Assembly (NCBI GenBank): GCA_051532035.1
Contig: JAOPTW010000029.1
Location: forward strand, 1 to 54,550
Direction of reading: 5' to 3'
From: Fibrobacterales bacterium
Lineage (GTDB): Bacteria > Fibrobacterota > Fibrobacteria > Fibrobacterales > JAOPTW01
DNA: 54,550 nucleotides
Below the pieces are notes generated by a model. That model worked only from the letters and a program-made list of their open reading frames with translations, was not told the DNA's origin and ran no database searches. Numbering within the stretch: position 1 is the first letter of the stretch; every line of letters starts with the position of its first letter. A program made the translations under genes and the position numbers. Positions 1-10,155 of this stretch are shown piece after piece.

Positions 1-180
1 TCAACTCAGCTCTCATAATCTAATATCGGCACAAAAAAAACGTGCTATACCTTCATTATCTGATACTTTCGTTAAAAAGGCAAATATCTCTCGTAAAACT
101 GAATAAAAACAGGTATTTCGCCCTCTCTCTGCCGCTCATCTGTTTATTTTACTCCTCTTCACACGAAATTCTCAATTGCC

Positions 181-209
181 TTGCATATTCCCCATTTTCA
201 GGATATACT
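181..209 (+). promoter_or_regulatory. sigma70-type promoter for LOG gene
   Basis: TTGCAT(181-186)-17 bp-TATACT(204-209); RBS AAGGAGG at 221-227 before ATG 233. Confidence 0.6.
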
Positions 210-232
210 AGATATATGGAAAGGAGGCACAA

Positions 233-1096
233 ATGGCCAAAAAATCAAAAAACACTACACCAATTCTTGCACATCAAAATCCTAATTTTATTGAAAAACG
301 AGCGGGTAGAACGGTTCGTGTACTTGCAGAGTTTGAATCACCAAGAGAGCAATTCAATAAGTACAATGTAGATCATACAATCGCCTTTTTTGGATCAGCT
401 CGTACCCTTGCAACTCGAGATGTCAATAGTCAACTCAATAAGCTTAAAAAAGCCAGCAAAACCAAAACGAAAGAATATAAACGACTCGAAGGGCTCAAAA
501 AAGTTGCCCGCTATTACGATGAGTGCCGTGAGCTCGCTAAAAGAATCTCGATCTGGTCAGAAAAACAGAAAGAGAATTACTGTATTGTTACTGGTGGCGG
601 CCCTGGCATCATGGAGGCGGGAAATAGAGGTGCCCATGACGCAAAAGCGCCTAATATCGGTCTCAATATTGAGCTCCCTTTTGAACAGAGTCCCAATCCT
701 TATATCACCCCAGAACTTAATCTCAATTTCAACTACTTCTTTATCAGAAAGTATTGGTTCCTCTACCTTGCAAAAGCACTTGTAGCATTTCCAGGTGGCT
801 TTGGTACCATTGATGAACTTTTTGAAACACTCACTCTCATTCAGACAAAGAAAATCATTAAACCAATCCCAATTATTCTGTATGGCAAAGATTTTTGGGA
901 TCAGTTAATTAATATTGATTTCCTTGCAGAGACCGCAATGATAAATACAGAAGACCTCGACCTTTTCCACGTAGTCGACTCTGTAGATGAGGCATTTGAC
1001 ATTATCACTAGTGAAATCACCAAAAATGCCAAAGAGATGAAAAAAATGATGGCGAATGATGATCTTCCTATAAATCTCTATGGTAAAGGTAATTAG
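233..1096 (+). CDS. LOG family (TIGR00730-type) nucleotide phosphoribohydrolase
   Basis: Motifs FFGSAR, TGGGPGIMEA, FFIRK, PGGFGTIDELFE. Confidence 0.9.
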   Translation: MAKKSKNTTPILAHQNPNFIEKRAGRTVRVLAEFESPREQFNKYNVDHTIAFFGSARTLATRDVNSQLNKLKKASKTKTKEYKRLEGLKKVARYYDECRELAKRISIWSEKQKENYCIVTGGGPGIMEAGNRGAHDAKAPNIGLNIELPFEQSPNPYITPELNLNFNYFFIRKYWFLYLAKALVAFPGGFGTIDELFETLTLIQTKKIIKPIPIILYGKDFWDQLINIDFLAETAMINTEDLDLFHVVDSVDEAFDIITSEITKNAKEMKKMMANDDLPINLYGKGN

Positions 1097-1104
1097 TCTC
1101 GACT

Positions 1105-1890
1105 ATGTCGGACGTCTCGTTACCAAAGAACACTATTATCCCTGGAGCGGAGGCATTTGCTTTCGGTTCAGGTGATTCAGCAATACTCTTTATTCATGGA
1201 TGGTCTTCGAGCCCTCGTGATGTTCGATTCCTCGCCGAAAAACTCGCAGAAACCTTTTATTGTAAAGGGGTGCGCCTTAATGGTCATGGGCAAGAATCAT
1301 ATGCCGCTATGAGTTCCTATACATGGAATGACTATTATACCACTGTGTCTAACGCCTATGACGAATTATCGAAGAACTACTCAAAAGTTTCTGTTATTGG
1401 CCTTAGTTTTGGTGGTGCACTTGCACTGCAACTTGCAAAAGAGCGCACAATTAAAAACCTCATTCTCATTGCTCCCTTTATTAGAACCCCCAAGCTCCCC
1501 GTCCCTTTTATCTGTGTACGAGATTTAGTGCGGATCATCCCTCCTTTTAACTTTGTATTTACTAAAAACAAGCATAGCGCAATCGACAATCCTGTAGCTC
1601 GACATGAACATATCACCTACCCAAAAATGCATATTCATGCACTCAAAGAGCTCTTCAAAGGAGTCAAGGTTTTTAGTAGTGATTTAAATGCAATCACCTG
1701 CCCAACACTCCTTCTTCACAGTACTAAAGACAAAACTAGTAGCTTTTCCAATTCCTACTTTATACTCAAACATTTAGGCTCCCTCGACAAACAACTGACT
1801 GCATTTACCAATTGCAACCACATCATCACCCTCGACTATGAACGAGAGGCTGTCGAAAAAGCAATTTTAAGCTGGTTTTCGACCCATTAG
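1105..1890 (+). CDS. alpha/beta-hydrolase, carboxylesterase/monoacylglycerol lipase-like
   Basis: IHGW oxyanion motif, nucleophile GLSFG, Asp in HSTKD, His in NHIIT. Confidence 0.85.
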   Translation: MSDVSLPKNTIIPGAEAFAFGSGDSAILFIHGWSSSPRDVRFLAEKLAETFYCKGVRLNGHGQESYAAMSSYTWNDYYTTVSNAYDELSKNYSKVSVIGLSFGGALALQLAKERTIKNLILIAPFIRTPKLPVPFICVRDLVRIIPPFNFVFTKNKHSAIDNPVARHEHITYPKMHIHALKELFKGVKVFSSDLNAITCPTLLLHSTKDKTSSFSNSYFILKHLGSLDKQLTAFTNCNHIITLDYEREAVEKAILSWFSTH

Positions 1891-2011
1891 ACCATTTTTA
1901 ACATCAAATAGCCAAAAAATCATTAATATTTGTACTTTTTCCTCGGAATTTCTTCCCACTTATTTTTACATTTCTTTTTAACACTAACGCCGAGCTTTAT
2001 AAGGACATCTC

Positions 2012-2161
2012 ATGGGTAGAAAAGAGAGAAGAAGCAGACAGAAACAAGCAAAGAATAACCCTCTTAAAAAAGATGCAGTTGCTAATCCAAAGGTGCTTTG
2101 GGTCATTGCTATCGTTTCAATTTGTCTGGTTGCAGCTACTTTTTATATCCGTAACGCATAG
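2012..2161 (+). CDS. small (49 aa) basic single-pass membrane protein, not in ORF track
   Basis: MGRKERRSRQKQAKNNPLKKDAVANPKVLWVIAIVSICLVAATFYIRNA*; AAGGA at 2001-2005; basic N-terminus followed by one hydrophobic helix. Confidence 0.65.
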   Translation: MGRKERRSRQKQAKNNPLKKDAVANPKVLWVIAIVSICLVAATFYIRNA

Positions 2162-2334
2162 TTCTACCCTCAAAGAGAACCTTAGCTCGCGAAACAGTTA
2201 AATATACTCCATACTCGGCTCTCAACAATAGGGCTGATTATATAAAACTGTATTACTACTCTCAGTTTTTAAGGGTTAAGAGACAATTTATGTCTATATT
2301 TTTAACTATTAAACAATAAAGGTAAAGGCAAGTA

Positions 2335-3444
2335 ATGAAATTTGAAGTTCAACGAAGTGATTTTTTAGATGCTTTGCAGACTGTATCTTATGCAGTACCA
2401 AACAAATCTACTCTGCAGATCCTCAATAATTTTCTTCTAAGACTTGAAGGGAACTTCCTAGAGATTTCAGCAACTGACCTCGACCTCGGAATCAGTGTTA
2501 AACTCGAAGTAAACGGGTCTCAAAATGGTGATATTGTTGTAAATGCAGCAATCTTACTCAATCTTGTTAAAACTCAAGAAGAGCTCCCCCTTACATTTAC
2601 TGTTTCTGAAAACAATGTATCGCTCCAATCTCCTTCTGGATACACTGCGAACATCACAGGCTTTGAAGCGTCAGAATTTCCACGCTTTCCTGAGATTCAC
2701 TCTGATAAAGAGCTCCATGTAATGAACTCAGAGCTCCAATACCTGAGTGAAAAAACACTCTTTGCCGTATCAAACGACATCACTCGCCTCAGCTTAAACG
2801 GCGTATTCTGCCAACTTGATGGTGGAAAACTGATTTTTGTTGCAACAGACGGCCACAGACTTGGTAAAGCATTTATAGAAAAAGAGGGTGAAAGCTGGGC
2901 TGCCGGTGTTATTATTCCTCGTAAAACACTCGCTTTTGTTTCAAAGGTACTCCCTGGCGATGCAGAAGTTGATGTGAAAATCGATGAAACGCACATCTGT
3001 TTTTCAAATGAAAAAGTACAAGTAGTATCTAAACTTATTGAAGGTCCATACCCTAACTATCAAAATGTTATACCCGCAGATTTTACTAAAACCTGCACCT
3101 TTGATCGCATGGATTCAATTGCAAAAATCAACCGTCAGGCCGCTCTTGCAAATGCCCGTACTCGTCAGATTAAAATGCATTTTGAAACTGACCAGCTCAC
3201 TTTTTCAACATCAAATCAAGATGTTGGTGGTAATTCAGATGAATCACTTCTTGTTAGCTTTGAAGGTGAAGCACCATTTGACATTGGAATCAATGCAAAT
3301 TACCTTCTAGAAATCATCAAAATGTGCCCGTCTGACCAAGTAATTATTAAAATGAATACTGCAGTAGGCGCTACTATTATTGAGCCAGTTGGTGATGGAC
3401 TTGACTTTTTCTTCCTCCTCATGCCGCTCCGTTTAACAGAGTAA
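2335..3444 (+). CDS. dnaN: DNA polymerase III beta sliding clamp
   Basis: SATDLD, VATDGHRL, SKLIEGPYPNY, C-terminal LLMPLR; 369 aa. Confidence 0.97.
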   Translation: MKFEVQRSDFLDALQTVSYAVPNKSTLQILNNFLLRLEGNFLEISATDLDLGISVKLEVNGSQNGDIVVNAAILLNLVKTQEELPLTFTVSENNVSLQSPSGYTANITGFEASEFPRFPEIHSDKELHVMNSELQYLSEKTLFAVSNDITRLSLNGVFCQLDGGKLIFVATDGHRLGKAFIEKEGESWAAGVIIPRKTLAFVSKVLPGDAEVDVKIDETHICFSNEKVQVVSKLIEGPYPNYQNVIPADFTKTCTFDRMDSIAKINRQAALANARTRQIKMHFETDQLTFSTSNQDVGGNSDESLLVSFEGEAPFDIGINANYLLEIIKMCPSDQVIIKMNTAVGATIIEPVGDGLDFFFLLMPLRLTE

Positions 3445-3445
3445 T

Positions 3446-4681
3446 ATGGACCGAACCCGTTTTTCACTTATGTTTAAGAGTATAGCGACAACAGTCTTTG
3501 TACTCTCTACCCTATTAAGTGCCCATAAGACGGACAATAACCTCTATGGCTTTGATGCAATATCACTCGGTGGTGGCGGTCGAGCCCTCGACCTAGAGAC
3601 CTCAACAAACTCAGGCAACCCTGCACCTCTATCAACCAAGCACACCGACACCTTTGAATCAGGCATGTCTGGATTTGGAGTAGACCCTTATTACTATCTC
3701 TCATGGATGCGTGCCGTCAGTGAAAACAGTGCAATGAATCTTGCTTACACTATCGATCCTTTGCTCGATTTTGAAGTCCAAACAGTTTCATTCGCCATAT
3801 CATTAGCTCCTCTAAAAAAGATCTCGGTCGGTTTTTCTGGCATGGGGCGTCGTTCAGAACAAGAAGAGTATTCAATGGATTTTTCTGCTGGCATTCAATA
3901 TCGACACAATAATTTCCTGAAAATTGCTTTCGATACCCGCTCAATCTTTGAAACTCTAGATAGCACCGCGAGTAACCCCGACATCTCTCGTTCATTTGGC
4001 CTCGGGAGTGCCATACATCTTGGTAAGACAAGAACCTATGCACTGATTGATGTTGAGACCCATTCTCTCACTTTTAAAAGGCCTATTACCACAGTGGGGC
4101 TCGGCACTATTGCAGGCACAAACAACAACTTAAAAGTGCAGGGCGGCCTTGCACTTTTTAATCGCAACTCTCACCTTAATGGCTCACTCGCCTTTGGCCT
4201 TAAAATGCAGGAACGATTTTTCAACACCCTCATCAGTGCCCACTATGCTATTAAAGATGTTGCAGTCCAAGGGCACAATTTCAAATCAATGTCCCATACC
4301 ATTGGCTTTGGAATGGTACTTGATCCCTTTATCGACACCGATCTTCCCATTATTTCTGCACAACTTGATCGAAGTATTTTACTGCTTAGCCCGACGAGCC
4401 CTGCAGCGCGAGGAATACATTTTCAGCTTAAAGCGAGCGATATAACGAGCAACCTCAAAGAGTGGTACTTGGTAATTTGCACTGTCACCGAAAACTTTTC
4501 GGCAAAAGAGGCGGTAAAAAGTTTTAGTGGTCGCGGTATTCCCCCGAAGACTATTCAGTGGGAAGGTCGAGGAGATGACAATGAACGGCTTCAAAAAGGG
4601 TATTACACCTATCGTTTTATTGTGACCGACACTGCAGAAAACGTCAACTCAACTAAATGGCAATTGCTGGAAATACAATAG
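3446..4681 (+). CDS. putative outer-membrane beta-barrel (PorV/FadL-like N-terminus) with C-terminal FlgD-Ig-like domain
   Basis: Signal peptide; AISLGGGGRA...NPA hatch-like motif; alternating beta strands; C-terminal WEGRGDDNERLQKGYYTYRFIVTD resembles FlgD-Ig. Confidence 0.5.
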   Translation: MDRTRFSLMFKSIATTVFVLSTLLSAHKTDNNLYGFDAISLGGGGRALDLETSTNSGNPAPLSTKHTDTFESGMSGFGVDPYYYLSWMRAVSENSAMNLAYTIDPLLDFEVQTVSFAISLAPLKKISVGFSGMGRRSEQEEYSMDFSAGIQYRHNNFLKIAFDTRSIFETLDSTASNPDISRSFGLGSAIHLGKTRTYALIDVETHSLTFKRPITTVGLGTIAGTNNNLKVQGGLALFNRNSHLNGSLAFGLKMQERFFNTLISAHYAIKDVAVQGHNFKSMSHTIGFGMVLDPFIDTDLPIISAQLDRSILLLSPTSPAARGIHFQLKASDITSNLKEWYLVICTVTENFSAKEAVKSFSGRGIPPKTIQWEGRGDDNERLQKGYYTYRFIVTDTAENVNSTKWQLLEIQ

Positions 4682-4690
4682 CGAGCCCCC

Positions 4691-5776
4691 ATGTATATCG
4701 AGCGGTTATCCCTCACTCAATTTAGAAATTACTCCTCAGTAACGGTTCCCTTAACCCGAGGGATCAACACCATTATTGGCCCTAATGGCCATGGTAAAAC
4801 CAACCTGCTTGAGGCACTTTATACTGTTACCCAAGGACACTCCTTTCGTACCTCTAAAATTCTTGAATGTATTGGTTGGAACGAGCCGCACTGTGTTGTA
4901 AGGGCTGAAGGATTTGTCGGTAATCGCCCTCTGGCACAATCCTACAAGCTTACCACAAAAAACAAAAAACAGGTTAAAGTAAACAACCAAGAGTCAGCTC
5001 AGCTCTCGCAGCTTATCGGATCATTTTGTGTTGTCCCAATAGTCAGCAATGACATCGAGATGGTTCAAGGAGCTCCTGCAAACCGCCGAAAATTTATGGA
5101 TTCCGTGATAGCTCAACACTCTCTCTCCTTTTTACAAACCCTCAAGGACTACAACCGAACTCTTAAACAACGAAACGCCCTCCTTAAAGCAGAGCGAGAG
5201 CGGACTCCACTATGGGAAACCTTGACCGAACAGCTTGTTAGACTGGGTAGTGACGTCATTCTCACTCGCAAACGATTTATCGACACCCTCTCCCCTACCT
5301 GTAGTAGGTTTTATGAGACAGTCTCTGGCGCAGCAGAAGAGCTCACCCTTGGGTATCACACCTCAATAACCCAAGAAATTGACGAAGGTTCATTAAAGCA
5401 TCTCTTTTTGAATAAACTTATTGCAAAATCCCGGGTTGAATTTGAACTCGGAAGTACGCTCTATGGACCACACAAAGATGACGTGACCCTACAATTGAAT
5501 GGACATGATGCTCGAACTTTTGGCTCTCAAGGCCAGTGTCGCTCTATCGCCCTCACTCTGAGGTTTGCTGCCGCTCATATGCTTGAAGATCGTGTTGGTG
5601 AAGCCCCCATACTCCTTTTAGATGATATTTTTGCAGAACTCGACAACAACCGCCGCTTAGCCGTGGGAAATTTAATCTCCCACCACGCCCAGGTCCTGGT
5701 TGCAACCCCCCATAGAGAAGACCTACCCTTCGCTACTGATAGCGTTATCGAAATAGTCAAAGGAGACCTCGCATGA
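4691..5776 (+). CDS. recF: DNA replication/repair ATPase RecF
   Basis: QFRNY, Walker A GPNGHGKTN, GPHKDD, GSQGQ, LLLDDIFAELD. Confidence 0.97.
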   Translation: MYIERLSLTQFRNYSSVTVPLTRGINTIIGPNGHGKTNLLEALYTVTQGHSFRTSKILECIGWNEPHCVVRAEGFVGNRPLAQSYKLTTKNKKQVKVNNQESAQLSQLIGSFCVVPIVSNDIEMVQGAPANRRKFMDSVIAQHSLSFLQTLKDYNRTLKQRNALLKAERERTPLWETLTEQLVRLGSDVILTRKRFIDTLSPTCSRFYETVSGAAEELTLGYHTSITQEIDEGSLKHLFLNKLIAKSRVEFELGSTLYGPHKDDVTLQLNGHDARTFGSQGQCRSIALTLRFAAAHMLEDRVGEAPILLLDDIFAELDNNRRLAVGNLISHHAQVLVATPHREDLPFATDSVIEIVKGDLA

Positions 5777-6069
5777 TGCGAAAAAAACAAACCATGCACC
5801 CTGTTGCGGGCATCATTGGTAAAGTCCTTAAAGATCCTGCTTTTTCAGGGGTAAAGTCTGACACACTTATTCGAGACAACTGGAGTCGTATTTTAGGACC
5901 TCAACTGAGTGGATCCATTGCCTTTATCGGCCTTCAAGGTGAGACTATTCTGATTTCTGGAAGCTCTACGGCGAGTAAAAATGAATTTATATTCATGCAA
6001 TCTGATATACTCGACAAAATTAGAGTACTCATTAGCCCAACCGAAGTCAACAGCTTCAAATTCTTCTAA
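5773..6069 (+). CDS. dciA: DUF721/DciA-like helicase loader
   Basis: 98 aa between recF and gyrB (the usual position), with W-x-x-I-L-G pattern (NWSRILG). Confidence 0.7.
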   Translation: MMRKKQTMHPVAGIIGKVLKDPAFSGVKSDTLIRDNWSRILGPQLSGSIAFIGLQGETILISGSSTASKNEFIFMQSDILDKIRVLISPTEVNSFKFF

Positions 6070-6188
6070 AAGGAGAGCCTCAGCGAGTTCCCATTTAAGG
6101 GCAAAAAATGGTGATTTAATGGTAATTTCCAGTTAGATTCACGCCAATTTTTACTACTTTTAGATGGTCTTAGTTTTAAGGATTTTAG

Positions 6189-8123
6189 ATGTCTCAAGAA
6201 AATTATAGTGGAAGTAATATCAGCGTTCTCGAAGGGCTTGAAGCCGTTCGAAAACGTCCGGCTATGTACATTGGATCAACCGACGGCCGCGGCATTCACC
6301 ACCTTGTGTGGGAAGTAGTCGACAACTCGGTGGACGAAGCTCTTGCAGGGTTCTGTACCGATATCGATGTAGTCATAACCAAAGAGAATGGTATTACCGT
6401 CCGAGATAATGGACGAGGCATTCCAACTGACTACCACCCTACTGAAAAGATGGGTACACTCGAAGTAGTGATGACTAAACTACACGCTGGTGGTAAATTT
6501 GATAGTGACACCTATAAAGTGTCTGCTGGACTACACGGTGTGGGTGTAAGTTGTGTAAATGCACTCTCAGAACATGTTATCGTTGACGTGCACCGCGAAG
6601 GAAAAATTGTACATCAAGAATTTAGAAGAGGTGAACCACAAGGCGATCAAGTTGAGCTTGGTGAAACAGACCTTAACGGTACGCACCTTACCTTTTTTCC
6701 AGACCCAGAAATTTTTACAGAGCTTGAATTTCACTTTGATACTCTCGCTGCTCGCTTAAGAGAACTTGCATTTCTCAATGACGGCCTTCGCTTTGTACTC
6801 ACTGACCTTCGCGATGATGCTAAAGATGAAGAAGGAAACCCACGTACAGAAAATTTTTATTACCCAGGTGGCATCGCTGCATTTGTTGAGTATCTTGACC
6901 AAAATAAAAAACCTCTCTTTGAGAAACCTATACACATCATGAAAGAAGAGGGCGCATGTCCTGTCGAGATAGCGCTTCAATACAATGAGTCTTATCAAGA
7001 AAACCTCATGTCTTTTGTCAACAACGTGAACACCCATGAAGGGGGGACACACGTATCAGGTTTTAAAGCAGCTCTTACTCGTGCTATAAATAAATTTGCT
7101 GGCGACCACCTCGCTAAGGGCAAAAAAGATGTCAGCCTTACCGGAGAAGATATCCGAGAGGGGCTCACCGTAATCATCTCTATTAAATTAGCTGAGCCAC
7201 AGTTTGAAGGCCAAACCAAACGTAAGCTTGGTAATGCTGAGGTGAAAGGACTTGTTGAACAAGTTACTGGCGATATGCTCAACGAACTTTTTGAAGAGCA
7301 ACCGTCTATCATCAAAAAAATTGTTGAAAAAGTATACTATGCTGCAATCGCTCGCGAAGCAGCCCGTAAAGCAAAACAACTTGCACGACGTAAAAATGTT
7401 CTTGAAGGCGGTGGCCTTCCAGGAAAACTTGCAGACTGTTCAAGTAGAAATGCAGAAATTTGCGAACTATTTATTGTGGAAGGTGACTCTGCGGGTGGAT
7501 CAGCAAAACAAGGTCGTGACAGAGAGTTTCAAGCAATTCTCCCTCTTAAGGGTAAAATCTTAAATGTTGAAAAGTCCCGCATAGATAAAATTCTGGGCAA
7601 TGAAGAGATCAACACCATCATCTCTGCACTTGGTTGTGGGATTGGTAATGATGAATTCAACCTCGATAAACTTCGCTATCACAAAATTATTATTATGACG
7701 GATGCTGACGTGGATGGATCACATATCCAAACACTTTTGCTCACATTCTTTTTCCGTCATATGAGACCTCTCATAGAAAATGGTATGCTCTACATGGCGC
7801 AACCACCACTCTATAAGATAAAAGCGGGAAGATTTGAGACCTATGTCTATAGTGACGAAGAGAAAGACAAAGTAGTTGCAGAGCTTGGCCCTGATGTGAA
7901 AGGGCTATATGTACAACGATACAAAGGTCTTGGTGAGATGAATCCTGAGCAACTTGCCAATACGACTATGGAACCTGATAGCCGTATGCTCAAACAGATT
8001 ACCATGGAAGATTATGTCGCCACAGACCTAATATTTACCATGCTTATGGGTGATGAAGTTCCCCCTCGTAGAAAATTTATTGAAGATAATGCGCATCTTA
8101 TTCTTGATAAGATTGATGTTTAA
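6189..8123 (+). CDS. gyrB: DNA gyrase subunit B (short form)
   Basis: LEGLEAVRKRPAMYIG, EVVDNSVDE, GLHGVG, EGDSAGG, PLKGKILN, DADVDG, RYKGLGEM. Confidence 0.97.
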   Translation: MSQENYSGSNISVLEGLEAVRKRPAMYIGSTDGRGIHHLVWEVVDNSVDEALAGFCTDIDVVITKENGITVRDNGRGIPTDYHPTEKMGTLEVVMTKLHAGGKFDSDTYKVSAGLHGVGVSCVNALSEHVIVDVHREGKIVHQEFRRGEPQGDQVELGETDLNGTHLTFFPDPEIFTELEFHFDTLAARLRELAFLNDGLRFVLTDLRDDAKDEEGNPRTENFYYPGGIAAFVEYLDQNKKPLFEKPIHIMKEEGACPVEIALQYNESYQENLMSFVNNVNTHEGGTHVSGFKAALTRAINKFAGDHLAKGKKDVSLTGEDIREGLTVIISIKLAEPQFEGQTKRKLGNAEVKGLVEQVTGDMLNELFEEQPSIIKKIVEKVYYAAIAREAARKAKQLARRKNVLEGGGLPGKLADCSSRNAEICELFIVEGDSAGGSAKQGRDREFQAILPLKGKILNVEKSRIDKILGNEEINTIISALGCGIGNDEFNLDKLRYHKIIIMTDADVDGSHIQTLLLTFFFRHMRPLIENGMLYMAQPPLYKIKAGRFETYVYSDEEKDKVVAELGPDVKGLYVQRYKGLGEMNPEQLANTTMEPDSRMLKQITMEDYVATDLIFTMLMGDEVPPRRKFIEDNAHLILDKIDV

Positions 8124-8165
8124 CAAAACCGCCGCTGGTTGAGATACCGGGGGCAAGTTGGAAAT

Positions 8166-9449
8166 ATGCCAAATAGAGTAATAATCGGTTCGCAATGGGG
8201 CGACGAAGGGAAAGCAAAAGTAGTAGACTTTCTCACATTTGAAGCAGATATCATTGTTCGCTTTCAAGGTGGTGCTAATGCAGGTCACACAGTATTAGTT
8301 GGAGATCAGGAGTTTGTGTTTCACCTTATTCCTTCTGGAATCATGCACGAAGACAAAGTATGTGTCATCGGTAATGGCGTCGTTCTCGATCCCAAACAAA
8401 TGTTAATTGAGTTAGAAGACATCAAGCAAAAAGGTATTAAACCTGATGGCCGCTTTAAAATAGCAGACAATGCTCATGTAGTTCTTCCTTTTCATACGAA
8501 GCTCGATCAATTAAAAGAAATCGCTGCAGGTAAAAATGCTATAGGTACAACAGGCCGTGGCATTGGTCCTTGTTATAGTGACAAAGTAAACCGCCTGGGT
8601 CTTCGTGTAGGAGAGCTTCTTGACAAGGAAGGTCTTGCTGAGAAAATCAACGCTATTGCAGATGTTAAAAATGAGCAATTTAAAATTCTCTATAACGCAG
8701 AGCCACTTGACCCGGCTGCAATCGTTGAAGAGTATTATGACTATGGTCAACAACTCAAAGCATTTATTTGCGACACCAGTACCTACCTCAACCAAGAGTG
8801 GAAAAAAGGTGGCCAAATTATTTTTGAAGGAGCACAAGGTACTATTCTTGATGTAGACCATGGCACATACCCTTATGTAACTTCATCAAATACTGTATCA
8901 GGTTCGGCATGTTGTGGTTCTGGAATTGGCCCTACTGCTATTGATCAGGTTATTGGAGTTGTAAAGGCCTATACAACTCGTGTAGGCAATGGACCATTCC
9001 CAACAGAGCTCAATGATGATAATGGACAACGTCTTGGTGACATTGGACATGAATTTGGTGCAACTACCGGTAGACAACGTCGCTGTGGTTGGTTTGACGC
9101 TCCTGTTGTAAGAAAAGCAGCTCAAATCAATGGTTTAACACATCTAGCTATTACAAAGCTCGATGTACTTGACACATTCGATACCATTAAAATATGTACT
9201 GACTATGAACTTGATGGTGAAACGCTCACTGTTATGCCTAACCAACTCACTAAAGTATCAATGGCAAACCCAGTTTATATTGAGCTTGAAGGTTGGAATA
9301 GCGACACAACTGACTGTAAAACATGGGATGAATTACCCGAGAATGCAAAAAAATATCTCGAGACTCTCTCAAAACTCATTGATGTAAAAATTGGTATGGT
9401 CTCTGTAGGGCCACGCCGTGACCAGAGTATTACTGTAGATCTTCAATAA
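8166..9449 (+). CDS. purA: adenylosuccinate synthetase
   Basis: QWGDEGKAK, GGANAGHT, GTTGRGIGP, EGAQG, GATTGRQRRCGW; ATG 8166 preferred over TTG 8139. Confidence 0.98.
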   Translation: MPNRVIIGSQWGDEGKAKVVDFLTFEADIIVRFQGGANAGHTVLVGDQEFVFHLIPSGIMHEDKVCVIGNGVVLDPKQMLIELEDIKQKGIKPDGRFKIADNAHVVLPFHTKLDQLKEIAAGKNAIGTTGRGIGPCYSDKVNRLGLRVGELLDKEGLAEKINAIADVKNEQFKILYNAEPLDPAAIVEEYYDYGQQLKAFICDTSTYLNQEWKKGGQIIFEGAQGTILDVDHGTYPYVTSSNTVSGSACCGSGIGPTAIDQVIGVVKAYTTRVGNGPFPTELNDDNGQRLGDIGHEFGATTGRQRRCGWFDAPVVRKAAQINGLTHLAITKLDVLDTFDTIKICTDYELDGETLTVMPNQLTKVSMANPVYIELEGWNSDTTDCKTWDELPENAKKYLETLSKLIDVKIGMVSVGPRRDQSITVDLQ

Positions 9450-9459
9450 AGAGGCGTAC

Positions 9460-10155
9460 ATGAATAACGACAAGCTGGAACTACTCAAAGGGGTCGATCT
9501 TTTTTCGTCCCTTGACAATGCACAGCTCGCACTCATTTCGGAATTAGTGCTTTCACGTTCATATCAAAAAGATGAAAACATCATCCTTGAGGATGATTCT
9601 GAAGATCAGGCTCTTTTTATTATTGTAGATGGCGATGTGAAAGTGTACATTTCTGGGCTCGATGGCAGGGAGACGATACTTGCAATGCTTGGAACTGGTG
9701 ACTTTTTTGGTGAAATGTCTCTCATTGATGGTGATCCACGCTCTGCATCTGTCAAGTCCGTTACACAAACTGAAATCCTTGTACTCCGACGATCAGATTT
9801 CAGAGAAGAGATGGTGAAATTTCCCGATCTTGCTATGTCACTCCTAGAAGAGATGTCTCGCCGGCTCAGAAAATCAAATAAGCAAGTTGGCTCTCTCTCT
9901 CTCATGACTGTATATGGCCGCATTGCCGCAACAATTCTTAACCTCATGGAAGAGAAGGGTATTCGAATACACGCTCAGAATGGCCAAATGATTGTAGCTA
10001 TTAAGAATAAACCTACCCAGCAACAACTTGCAGAAATGTCAGGGACTACCCGTGAAAGTGTTTCTCGGGTTTTGAAGGCACTACAGAAAAAAGGGTGCAT
10101 CAGTATCGCTGGCAAAGACCTACTCATATTGCAGGAAGAAGAGTTGAGATCATAG
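9460..10155 (+). CDS. crp: Crp/Fnr family regulator, cAMP-binding CRP type
   Basis: cNMP pocket FFGEMSL...PRSA; recognition helix GTTRESVSR keeps the R-E-x-x-x-R of CRP; lacks Fnr Cys cluster. Confidence 0.85.
   Translation: MNNDKLELLKGVDLFSSLDNAQLALISELVLSRSYQKDENIILEDDSEDQALFIIVDGDVKVYISGLDGRETILAMLGTGDFFGEMSLIDGDPRSASVKSVTQTEILVLRRSDFREEMVKFPDLAMSLLEEMSRRLRKSNKQVGSLSLMTVYGRIAATILNLMEEKGIRIHAQNGQMIVAIKNKPTQQQLAEMSGTTRESVSRVLKALQKKGCISIAGKDLLILQEEELRS

Noticed and set aside
42..371. 109-aa ORF and the other short overlapping or antisense ORFs in the track (e.g. 390-785, 20309-20593, 35167-35667, 42399-42641, 44974-45354)
   Set aside because: They overlap well-supported genes or promoters and show no recognisable motifs; treated as shadow ORFs
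1891..2334. oriC upstream of dnaN
   Set aside because: AT-rich, but no DnaA-box cluster found, no dnaA, and part of it is a plausible small ORF
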